Assembly: GCF_009914755.1 (NCBI RefSeq)
Contig: NC_060935.1
Source of the DNA: the human T2T-CHM13v2.0 reference genome, Homo sapiens
Length of the DNA stretch: 64,000 bases
Direction: 5' to 3' (one strand)
The notes below the pieces were generated by a model. That model was not told where the DNA came from, did no database searches, and saw only the letters and a list, made by a program, of their open reading frames with translations. Position 1 is the first letter of the stretch. Every line of letters begins with the position of its first letter. The position numbers and the translations under genes were made by a program. Positions 41,747-53,370 of the stretch are shown here, one piece after another.

Positions 41747-44146
41747 TTCCCAGTCTTGGGTATGTCTTTAACAGCAGTGTGAAAATGAATTAATATGGGA
41801 AATTGGTACCACTAGAGTGGGGCACTGCTGAAAAGATACCCAAAAATGTGGAAGCAACTTTGGAACTGGGTAGCAGGCAGAGGTTGGAACAGTTTGGAGG
41901 GTTCAGAAGAAGACAGGAAAATGTGGGAAAGTTTGGAACTTTCTAGAAAATTGTTAAATGGTTTTGGCCAAAATGCTGATAATGACATGGACAATGATAT
42001 CCAGGCTGAGATGGTATCAGATGGAGATGAGGAACTTGTTGGGAACTGGAGCAAAGTTAACTCTTGTTATGTTTTCCCAAAGAGACTGATGGCATTTTGC
42101 CTCCGCCCTAGAGGTTTTGGAATTTTGAACTTAAGGAAGATGATTTAGGGTATAAGGTGGGAGAAATTTCTAAGCAGGAAAGCATTCAAGAGGTGACTTG
42201 GGTGCTGTTAAAAGCATTCAGTTTTATAAGGAAAATAGAACATAAAAGTTTGGATAATTTGCAGCTTGATGGTACTATAAAGAAGAAAAACACTTTTCTG
42301 AGGAGAAATTCAAGCTGGCTGCAGAAATTTGCACAAGTAACAAGGAGCCAAATGTTAATCCCCAAGAAAATGGGAAAAATGTCTTCAGGGCATGTCAGAG
42401 GTCTTCACAGCAGCCCCTGCCATCAAATGCCCAGAGGCCTAGGAGGAAAAAATGGTTTTGTGGGTCATGTGCAGCCTAAAAACTTGATGCCTTGCATCCC
42501 AGAGGCTCTAGCCATGGCTGAAAGGGCCAATATAGAGCTTGGACCATGGCTTCTGAGGGTGCAAGTCCCAAGCCTTCTCAGCTTTCATGTGGTGTTGAAC
42601 CTATGAATGTACAGAAGTCAAGAATTGAAGTTTGGGAACCTCCACCTAGATTTCAGAAGAGAATGAAAATGCCTGGATGCCCAGACAGAAGTTAGCTGCA
42701 GAGGCAAGGTGATCATGGAAAACCTCTGTTAGGGCAGTGCAGAAAAGAAATGTGGGTTTGAAGTCATCACATAGAATCCCCATTGAGCCACCGTCCTCCA
42801 GACCCCAGAATGGCAGATCCACTAACAGCTTGCACCTTGCACCTGGAAAAGCTGCAGACAATCAATGTCAGCCTGTGAGAAAAGCCAGAAGGGAGGTTGT
42901 ACCCTGCAAAGCCACAAGGCTGAAGCTGCCCAAGACCATGGAACCCGCCACTTGCATCAGTGTGACCTGGATGTGAGATATGGAGTCAAAGATCATTTTG
43001 GGGCTTTAAGATTTGACTGCCATGCAGAATGTTGGACATACAAGGGGCCTGTAGCCTCTTTCTTTTGGCCAATAGAAATTGGCCAACCCATTTGGAATGG
43101 CTGTATTTACTCAATGCCTGTACCCCCGTTGTATCTAGGAAGTAACTAACTTGCTTTCAATTTTACAGGCTCATAGGTGGAAGGGACTTGCTTGTCTCAG
43201 ATGAGACTTTGGACTGTTGACTTTTGTGTTAATGCTAAAGTGAGTTAAGACTTTGGGGGAATGTTGGGAAGGCATGATTAGTTTTGAAATGTGAGGACAT
43301 GAAATTTGATAGGGGCCAGGGGTGGAATGATATGGTTTGACTGTGCCCCTACCCAAGTCTCATCTTGAATTGTAACTCCCACAATTCCTACATGTTATGG
43401 GAGGGACCCAGTGGGAGGTAATTGAATCATGAGGATGGGTCATTTCTCTGCTGTTCTCCTGATAGTGAATAAGTCTCGTGAGCTCTGATGGTTTTAAAAA
43501 GGGAAATTTCCCTGCACAAGTTTTCTCTCTTTGCCTACTGCCATCCATGTAAGATGTGACTTGCTCCTCCTTGCCTTCTGCCATGATTGTGGGCCTTCCC
43601 AGCCATGTGGAACTGAAAGTTCATTGTGATGGTTAATATGATTGTCATATTGATTGGATTAAAGGATGCAAAGTATTGGTCCTGGGTGTGTCTGTGAGGG
43701 TGCTGCCAAAGGAGATTATCATTTGAGTCAGTAGGCTGAATGAGGAAGGCCCACCCTTAATCTGGGTGGGCACAATCTAATCAGCTGTCAGTGTGGCTAG
43801 GATAAAAGCAAGCAGACGAATGTGTAAAGACTAGACTGGCTTAGCCTCCCGGCCTACATCCTTCTTCTGTGCTGGATGCTTCCTGCCCTGGAACATCGGA
43901 CTCCAGGTACTTCAGCTTTGGGACTCAGACTGGCTTCCTTGCTCCTAAGCTTGCAGATGGCCCATTTTGGGACCTTGTGATCATGTGAGTTAATACTCCT
44001 TAATAAACTCCCCTTTGTATACACATATCTATCCTGTTAGTTCTGTTCCTCTAGAGAATCCTAATATATCCATTAAACCTCTTTCTTTTGTAAATTGCCC
44101 AGTCTCAGGTATGTCTTTATCAGCAGCATGAAAATGGACTAATACA
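41747..44146 (+). mobile_element. THE1 element: 5' LTR reduced to its last ~50 bp, internal ~41797-43327, 3' LTR 43328-44146 split by MLT2A
   Basis: THE1-int remnant (WNSLEGSEEDRKMWESLEL); PPT ggggccaggggtggaa then tgatatggtttg; ends aatggactaataca. Confidence 0.93.
43625..44068 (+). mobile_element. MLT2A (HERVL-type) solo LTR
   Basis: tgtgatggttaat...tgattggattaaaggatgcaaagtattg...ctctagagaatcctaatata; TSD ttcat/tccat. Confidence 0.9.
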
Positions 44147-44161
44147 ATAGTGTTTCATATC

Positions 44162-44897
44162 TATATTAGTCTGTTCTGCCACTACTATAAATAAATACTT
44201 AAGACTGGGTGTATTAGTTTATTCTCACACTGCTAATAAAGACATACCCGAGACAATTGACTCACAGTTCAGCATGGCTGGTGAGGCCTCAGAAAACTTA
44301 CAATCATGGTGGAAGGGGAAGCAAACACATCCTTCCTTACATGGCAGCAGGAAGGAGAAGAATGAGCAAAGGGGGAAAAGCATCTTATAAAACTATCACA
44401 TCTCATAAGAACTTACTCCCTATCAGGAGATCAGCAGCATGGGGGTAACCACACCCATGATTCAATTACCTACCACCAGGTCCCTCTCATTACATGAGGG
44501 GATTATGGGAACTAAAGTTAAAGATGAGATTAGGGTGGGGACACAGCCCAACCATATCACTAGGTAATTTATAAAGAAAATAGATTTAATTGGCTCAGTG
44601 AAGCATAGCAGCTGCTTCTTCTGGGGAAGACTCAGGAAATTTACAATCATGTTGGAAGGCTAAATGAAAGCAGGCACATTTTATATGTCCAGAGCAGGAG
44701 CAAGAGAGAGAGGGTGGAGATGCCACACACTTTTAAGCAACCGGATCTCAGGAGAATTCACTCACTATCACCAGAAAAGCACCAAGAGGGGAGTCCACCC
44801 CCATGATCCTATCACCTCCTACCAGGCCCCATCTGCAACACTGGAAATTATAATTAGACATGAGATTTGGGCAGGGACAAAAATCCAAACCATATAA
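44162..44897 (-). mobile_element. MST solo LTR split by a THE1 LTR
   Basis: tatattagtctgttc...aagactggg | taatttataaag...gggacaaaaatccaaaccatataa. Confidence 0.85.
44210..44559 (-). mobile_element. THE1 solo LTR
   Basis: tgtattagtt...ggggacacagcccaaccatatca; TSD ctggg/ctagg. Confidence 0.92.
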
Positions 44898-45844
44898 ATA
44901 CTGAATTATGTATAGAGAAGAAATTAGAGTGCTGGTCTCCAGTACAGAATCCTTTGCAACTTTTCAGTATTCTAAAAAAGAAACAAAGTCTTAAAACTCA
45001 TACTATTCTAAAAAATGCAATATAAATTTTACAACAAGAAATATAAATCTGGGAAGAACATTCAACACTGGATGATCAGAGAGGCACAGAATAGATACAG
45101 GCCCAAATGAAATAAACATTAGTATTAAAATATATTCACATTTTAAAACTTCTCTTCATGAACAAATAATTATGCTTATTTGCGATAACTAATATCAATG
45201 TAAGAAAAGTATAACTTGCAGTTCTTATAATCATACTTATAATTACATATGGTTCTTAAAGGTGTGATGTCCATTAAATAAAATATCAATTGTAATAGAC
45301 TTTTTATTTATTAGACATTTTAGGATAATCAATTTAATTAATTTTCATGATTAATTTTAAAAATTGAAATCTAAAAGCTGTAGCCAATGTGTAATGACTG
45401 ACTTAACGGATATCTTAAGACAGTAATTTACCCAAAATCAAACTCTGTGAAAATGAAGCAGTTGACATGCAATATATTGTTAAGTAAACAGGTAATTAGT
45501 GTAGTGAGTATATAGCAATAATAGAAAAGAAAGAGAGGATAATTTAGACTACCAAGCTAGGAAGGTTTTCTTTGAATATCTGTCTCATGTACCTTATATT
45601 TCAAAAAGTATTTTATTGTTTTTTGTCTAGTTTCTCAGCTACTCTGGGCTCTAGTATGTCCTATATATTTCTCCTATATACCAATAAAACAAATATATAT
45701 TTCTTTCTTAACTGTAAAGAATGTTAATAATTTTCTAATGCATTCTTGAATTTTTAAAGAGGGCACTATTTAACCAAAAGAAATACATCTATACTAACTA
45801 TTTCAATTCTGTGTCAGGTATTGGGGAGGAAGAAAAGGAACTAA

Positions 45845-46020
45845 GATTTTTGAGCATCTGTTATACATAATGATAATCTATGATGTATGTATGATATGTT
45901 TAAAATTTTAATTATTATACTAATTTAGTGACCTAGGCATTATTAACCTGCTTTATAGGTGAGGATATTGAGATTTTAACTTATGTTACCCACACAAAGC
46001 CATGATCTGAGACCAAATTC
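45845..46020 (-). mobile_element. MIR remnant
   Basis: attattaacctgctttataggtgaggatattgag core. Confidence 0.55.
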
Positions 46021-46049
46021 ATGATATTCTCCATATGAGAAAACCTAAA

Positions 46050-46387
46050 GTACCGAGACTGGGTAATTTATAAAGAAGGTTTAATTGACTCATAGTTCCA
46101 CATGGCTGGGAGGCCTCAGGAAACTTACAGTCAGGGCAGAAGAGGAAGCAGTCACCTTCTTCACAGGGCAGCAGTGGAGACAGACAGAAGAGTGACCGTG
46201 CAAGATAGAGCGGGGAAAACTCCCTCATAAAGTCATCAGATCTCATGAGAACTCACTCACGTCATGAGAACAGCATGGAGAAACTGTCCCCAGGATCCAA
46301 TCACCTCCCACCAGGTCTCTCTTTCAATACCTGGGGATTACAATTCAAAATGACATTTGGGTGGGGACAGAAAGCCTAACCATACCA
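46050..46387 (-). mobile_element. MST/THE1-type solo LTR, slightly truncated
   Basis: gagactgggtaatttataaag...gtggggacagaaagcctaaccatacca. Confidence 0.88.
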
Positions 46388-47028
46388 GGCTTATATCTGA
46401 AATATGCATAACAGAAATCATAAACAACTGGTATTTATAAAAATTATATTCAGTATAAACAGATAAAATAAGCAGGCAAACTCTTTATTATTATTTATTT
46501 ATGATTTAAAGATCACTTATGTTCACTGTGAAGACATGGAAAACAAAGAAAATACAATTTATACAATCTAGTTCTCTTCATGTTTCCAATGTTAGAAAAT
46601 GACACCAGTCAGAAACGAGAAACTTAGAAGTCATTCTTATTTCCTCCCATCCTCGTCTCCGTTATTCAGTAGAAGTTTAGTACATGGATCTTTAAAATAT
46701 GTCCATAACCTGTCAACTTGTTTTCTTCTCTAGTCTAAGCATCCTCTAAGCCAATTGAAACTGATATCTTTCTGATATCAGTCATGTCTCCTCCAGGCCA
46801 CTGTGCTCTCAGCAGCTAGTCAGCTAGATTCGTATTTTTAGAAACACAAAACAATCTGGGTCATTTGCTAATAAGAAATGTTAGGTATTTGGTAAAAAGA
46901 AAAAAAGTGCTCTTATTTGAATTGCATATTAAAAATTAGAATTATTTTGTTGTGGATTTCAGGTTTCTGTCAGTATTAGCAAATCTCTCTAAACTTACAA
47001 CATTATTTTACATAACTTGAATAACTAA

Positions 47029-47341
<313 letters not shown>

Positions 47342-47779
47342 AGACAATTTTTTAATCCATTAAGTAGACTATTATGCATTATACATAAAACAGGGAGGGT
47401 CTAACCGTTGAAAATTTAAAAAACAGACATAAGGGGATTAATTATGTACTAACTCCATTTCTATTGTTTTGTTCGATGGGCTTTAAGTTTTGTTCACCAT
47501 AGCAGTTAGCAATACAGGTTGGAAGTTGGTATAAATATGGACAGTGTTTAAGAATGGCAATGCTGAAGATAAAACAGCTTATGATAAAAAAAGAAAGTCT
47601 GTTACTTGGGTAAAATGTAAAGAAATCAAGTATAAATTCAGTGAAGGATGCCTTAACTTTGTTGTTATACACAGAAAACTACTACAAAAATTCAACTTTT
47701 TACTAAAATGTCTGCAGGAAAATATTGTTTTTATAGAATAAAATCTGAATTGTCAAGCCCAGAGCCCCGTACTTTCTCA

Positions 47780-48440
47780 CTGAAACAGTTGTATTTAATA
47801 ATGTATTTTTGCATAAAGTTAGGTATGTTGGGAATACAACTGCACTGTTACAGAGTATTGAGGTAGTTTTTGCATATCTTTTTAATAGTCTATACAGCAT
47901 AACGATTATATTCACTTTAAAAGTTTGGCAGAATTCAGCATTAAAATCTTGTAGGCTTATAGTTGGCCATTACTGGATAATTCTTGATAAGTTTTAAAAT
48001 AATTCCATATTGTATTTCCTCCATAGCACTTTATTTCTTCATTTGGTAATTTATTTTTCTAGAAATATTAGATATATTTCTGTTTAAAATTTTTAAATTA
48101 TTCCTAATAGTATTTCTTCTTCCCTCTTTCTTCATAAAATGTACCATTATATATATTTAAACAGATTTATCACAATATTGTTCTGTCATTTTTCAAAATT
48201 TTAATTTCTTACTGCTTAGTTTTAGCTTTGTAATATCACTCTATATATACTTAGTTTTTGAAGTTTTAAAATTGTTTATCTTCTACTTTAGGTTAATGTT
48301 TATTTCTTTTTTTTTAGAAGTAACTCAATTTATATTTATAGATTTGCTTCTGTTAATCTCTGTGTCTGTCAGTGAACATCTGTGTTTCATTTTCCATAAC
48401 AATTTTCCACTGTAATTTAATTCTCTTTAGTTTTTGATCC
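47780..48440 (-). mobile_element. Very old L1M ORF2 remnant
   Basis: aaagtttggcagaattcagcatt resembles antisense ORF2; T-rich skew. Confidence 0.5.
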
Positions 48441-49919
48441 AAGAAAGGAGAGATTGGCATACAAGGAAATGGCACCCTTCAGACTTAATGTTAGTGAGTT
48501 TGTTTAACTTTGTTATTTGTAAAGAAGAAAAAGGAAAAGATAAGCAATTTATCCTCACCCCTGTAAGTTTGTTTTGGTTGTGGTAAAATTTCTATATAAA
48601 GACTATGATTAGTTCATATGTAAATTTCCAAGACCAATTCCCAATTGATAAGAAGCATTTCCTTAGAATTTCTGTACTAATTTATAGCATACCTTTGCTT
48701 AATGCCATCAATTGAACCCTGTAACTATTTGAACTATTTCTTGAGAACCTGGAAAATTACAAACTGGCAAAGACAGAATATTGCTCATGCCAACTAAAAT
48801 TATTCATGAGACTCTTCTACTTGGAAGAGGCTACATTTTCTGTTCCACATCCCAACATATAGAGGACACTTGATAGTAATTTTCAAATAAAAGGATTATA
48901 GACATTTCTTCTCCAATTTTTTTTGGTGAGGGTATATATTTTTCTCATATCTTTTGTACTCACAGCAAGAATATTGTTCATTTTAGTTTTAATGGACCTA
49001 GGGCTAGCACAATGTGTTTAACATATGAGACTCTAGTACTCCTTAAATAAGTTAATAAATTCATTAATAAATGACCATTCATTTAATCTACTTTTTTAAA
49101 TTAACTATATCTTTTATACATAAATTATGTTAATGATATTGGAAGCTTAAAGTTTGCCTTAGAACTTCATATTGTTATATATAAAAATGCTGCTTTTTAA
49201 ATTTATTATCCAAAAAATTTAATTCAGTATCCTTGCATGAAATATTTTATTCTTTTCAACAGATATTTTTATAAGTTAGATTTGGTCTTAATATCAAAGA
49301 GCTCATGTTCTGTTTGTAAGAAAAGATTTGTACAAAAATAAACAGAAGTTAAAACATGCTAAAATAATTGTTTTGAAAGGTTACTTGGGATTTGAGGGAA
49401 AGAAGACGTAACAATTTCCTCAGAGTATGGCATATTTTCACCAATTTTGTGCTGTAATAATTTCTTAGGAGAGCTTCTTGACTCATCTTGGAAGAAGAAA
49501 GTGTTTATAAAAATTGTAATTCCCAGGTAATTGATTTTTTACAACCTTGCCACAGATACTTCAGGAGCTTATAGGCGATAATATCACCATTTGAACAAAG
49601 TTTCATCCTGACAATTCAATTGATGGTGCTAGATGACAATAGAGATTCACAGCACTTTTGGATAAGGTACTAATCCGTTTGATTATTCATGGTGTAGTGT
49701 TATAAATGCAAGAGGTTTAGACACGAGATCTTTTCCCTGTTTCTTGTATTTATGAAATGTTTTTAAAAACGTAAAATTTATCCTCTTAAAATTAATATTT
49801 CTAATGAGCAGACGTGAGCATATCAAAGCAAAAACAGCAAAAAAATGTGTACTAAATTTTAAAAAATGTATATAAAATAAATTTGGTTTTGCTTTTAGAT
49901 TTGCTTAAGAAGTATGTGG

Positions 49920-52028
49920 AGGAGGGTATTCTGGGAAGACGGCAGCATCAGAAGCACCAGGATTTGTTTACCCACCTAGACAACAATTGTACTGGCAAAA
50001 TATTTCTGATGTAAATATTTGGAACTCAGGAGGCAAAGGCTTGGAAGGTAAGCTGCTGCTGATTTTTGTCAATCTCAATTCAGAACAGTGGTAGCTACCC
50101 ATTACCCACCCCTAGCCCTATGGTAGGCAGCTGAACATGTGTCCATGCAACAGCTTGCACACAGTTTGCAGGAGCCAGAGTGGGGAAAAACAAAAGGAAT
50201 CTCTCCTCCAAATATCAGGGATCTGTGCCTGGATCAATGATTGCTGTGTCTGATCACAGAGGTACAGACAAAGAAGCACATGGCCATTGTTTTTACACTT
50301 CCTGGTATTATGGCAGCCCCCCGCCCCCTCCTTTGTTTCAGAGGTATTGACTTGCAGGCGATTTAAAGGGCCATCACCCTTTTTTTCACCCCTTCATTTC
50401 CCTCTTTTCTGCCTTTTCGGATTGAGACATTAAAGAGTAGGGCAACTAGTCTTTAATTCAGAAAATTACAAAGTAAGTCCACATTCCCAGAGAATGATGC
50501 AGCCTTTAAAAGAACCTGAAAAGACTTTAAGTTTATACCCCATGCTGATCTTTGGCACAGAAACATATTACAACAATTAAAAAAAAAAAAAAAGCAAACT
50601 CTAGGGAAGGGGTGGGAATCTAATTTCCAGAGTTAGCAAATAATTAGATTTAAATGTCTAGTTTTTAACAAATAATCACAAGTGATACAAAGGAACTGGA
50701 AAGTATAACTCATTCAAGGAATAAATATAAATGAACCAAAACTATTCTTGAAAAAGACATGATGACAGATCTACCAGACAAAGATTTTAAAACAACTATC
50801 TTAAAGATGCTCAAAGAACTAAAGAAAGATGAGGGAAAGTCAGGAAAATGATATATGAACCAAATGGACATCAATGAAGAGATAGAAAATCTAAAAAAAC
50901 CCCAAAATTTTAGAAGCAAATAGTATAATAACTGAAATGGCATTCATAACAGAGAGATTCAAAGACAATTTTAAGTAGACAGAAGAAGATGAACTTGAAG
51001 ATAAGATAATGTGAATTACTGAGTCTGAGGAACAAAAATCCTAAAAAGTATGAAGGAAATGAATAGAGCCTAAGGGACCTGTGAGACAACATTAAGCAGA
51101 CCAACATACACATTGTGCATATCCTACAAGAAAAAGAGAGGAGGAAGTGGGTAGAGACAATATTGAAGAAATAAGGGCTGTAGACATCCCAAACTGGATG
51201 AAAGGCCTAAACATAAACATCCAAGAAAATCAATGAAATCCAAGTAAAACGAACTCAAAGAGATCCACACTGAAACACATTATAATCAAAATTCCCAAAG
51301 ACAAAGAATCTTGAAAACAGTGAGAGAGAAACAATTCACATACAAGGAATTGTAGATAACATTATCAGCAAATGTGTTATTGACAATTGTGTAGGCCGGA
51401 AGGCAGTATGCCAATATACCCAAAATGCTAATGTAAAAAGATTGTCAATCAGGAATTATATACCCAGCAAAACTAGCCTTCAAAACTGAGAGAAAAACTT
51501 AAGACATTCCCAGGTAAACAAAAGCTAAGAGAGTTTATTGCCACTAAACCTTTCCTGTAAGAAAATCTCAAAGGAGTCCTGGAGAATGAAATAAAAGAAG
51601 ACTAGATAGTAACTTGAAGTTTTACAAAAAAAAAAAAATAATAATAATAAAGAATTCAGTATGTGTAAATACATGGGTAATTATAAAGGCTAGTATTATG
51701 GTTTCTAATTGCACTTTTAGTTTTCTGCATGATGTAGGAGATTATTACATTTTAAAAAGAAAATTATTAGTCTAAAACTTAGTATTATTACAATTGGTTT
51801 GAAATTCCATATTTCCAATATAACTTAAGAAACTAATGGATATGAAAGAATTATTAGTTTAAGTTTTTGATCACACAATATATAAAGGTATAATGTTGTG
51901 ACAATAACAACAAAAGGGGTGGGGGTACAATTGTTAAAGGAATAGAGTTTTTGTATATTATTAAAGTTAAACTGGTATAACTTCAAATTAGTGTGTTATT
52001 GCTTTAGTATGTTAAATATAATCCCCAA
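49920..52028 (+). mobile_element. L1M 5'UTR, ORF1 and inter-ORF region
   Basis: 5' end gggaagacggcag...cccacctagacaacaatt; ORF1 remnants gagcctaagggacctgtgagacaacattaagcagaccaacatac and cccagcaaaactagccttc. Confidence 0.82.
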
Positions 52029-52029
52029 G

Positions 52030-52245
52030 TGCTATGGTAGAACAATTTGTTCCACCTTCCCCAAAATTCAGAAGTTGAAAAACTATCCCCAAAGGTAATT
52101 TACTGTATTAGGAGGTGGCCTTTGGGAGATAATTAGGTCATGAAAATGGAGCCCTGATGAATGGGAATAGTGACATAATAAAAGTGGCCTGAGACAGCTC
52201 TTTCACCTCTTCCATTCTGTGAAGATACAGCAAAAATATGATCCT
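52030..52245 (+). mobile_element. MLT1A-like LTR 5' part
   Basis: tgctatgg...ggaggtggcctttgggagataattaggtcatga. Confidence 0.75.
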
Positions 52246-52532
52246 CAAGATAAAAGTTAATTCCTGTCCTAAAACTTTATTTGATAACTTGCAAGACATC
52301 ATAATGGCATTAAATCATTATTAAAAGCCTAGCAACATAGACAATGAGAAGGCAGTTCTGGGTTACAAAATATTGACTAACAATGTTCCTGAACTTAGAA
52401 AAAAACGAACAAACAAACAAACAAAACACTAGAGTTAAGCCTATCATGAAATCTATTAAATTTCACATGACTTTCTACCTACTCCCACAAAGGTTACTGT
52501 TATACCATATCTAATTTTCCAGAGAAGGGTGT

Positions 52533-52916
52533 TGTGGTAGTCTTTTCTCTTATTCCTATAAGGAACTACCTGAAACTAGATAATTTATGAAGAAAAGAGG
52601 TTTAATTGACTCACAGTTCCACAGGCTGTACAAGAAGCATGGCTGGGGAGGCCTCAGAAAACTTACAATTATTGTGGAAGGCAAAGGAGAAGCAGGCACA
52701 TCTTCACATGATAGAGTGAGAGCAAGAGAGTGAAGGGGAAAGTACTACACACTTTTAAGCAAGCAGATCTCCTGAGAACTCACTCATTATCATGAGAAGA
52801 TCAAGGGGGATGTCTGCCCCCACGATCCAGTCACCTCCCACCAGGTCCCTCCTCCAACATTGAGGATTGCAATTCGACATAAGAATTGAGAGCATACACA
52901 GAGCCAAACCATATCT
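52533..52916 (-). mobile_element. MST solo LTR
   Basis: gaaaagaggtttaattgactcacagttcc...cagagccaaaccatatc; TSD ggtgt/gatgt. Confidence 0.88.
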
Positions 52917-53189
52917 GATGTGATTCTAAATAGTAACTAGTTACATAAAAACAAAATAAGCTTTCAACTACAGGTATTATGGGAATTATTTTTGATGGTA
53001 AATTTGGAAATTTCTTGGCATACACACGTAGTATTAGAATTGTAACATTTAGAGCTTAAAAGGGCATATTTTTTATTTATTTGAACATTTAACAATTATA
53101 CAAAGCTCCATTTTCCTATGTTAAGTAGTACATTGTGTCCTATTTATACCATTGAAATCATTTTGTAAATGGGATGAGTCACTTAGTAC

Positions 53190-53370
53190 ATGGAATCATG
53201 CTGCTTAGATTAGCATCTTGGTTAATAATTTAGTAGCTAGAAGGTCTTGGGCAAAACAATTTATATTTCAGTTTGCTAATCTTTCAAAGAGGATAACTAT
53301 AGTAGTACTAATGCCATAAAATTGTTCACATAGAAGAATGTATGACACAGAGTAAGTGATCATTGTCAGA
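53190..53370 (+). mobile_element. MIR remnant
   Basis: tcttgggcaaaacaattt...tttcagtttgctaatct. Confidence 0.55.
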
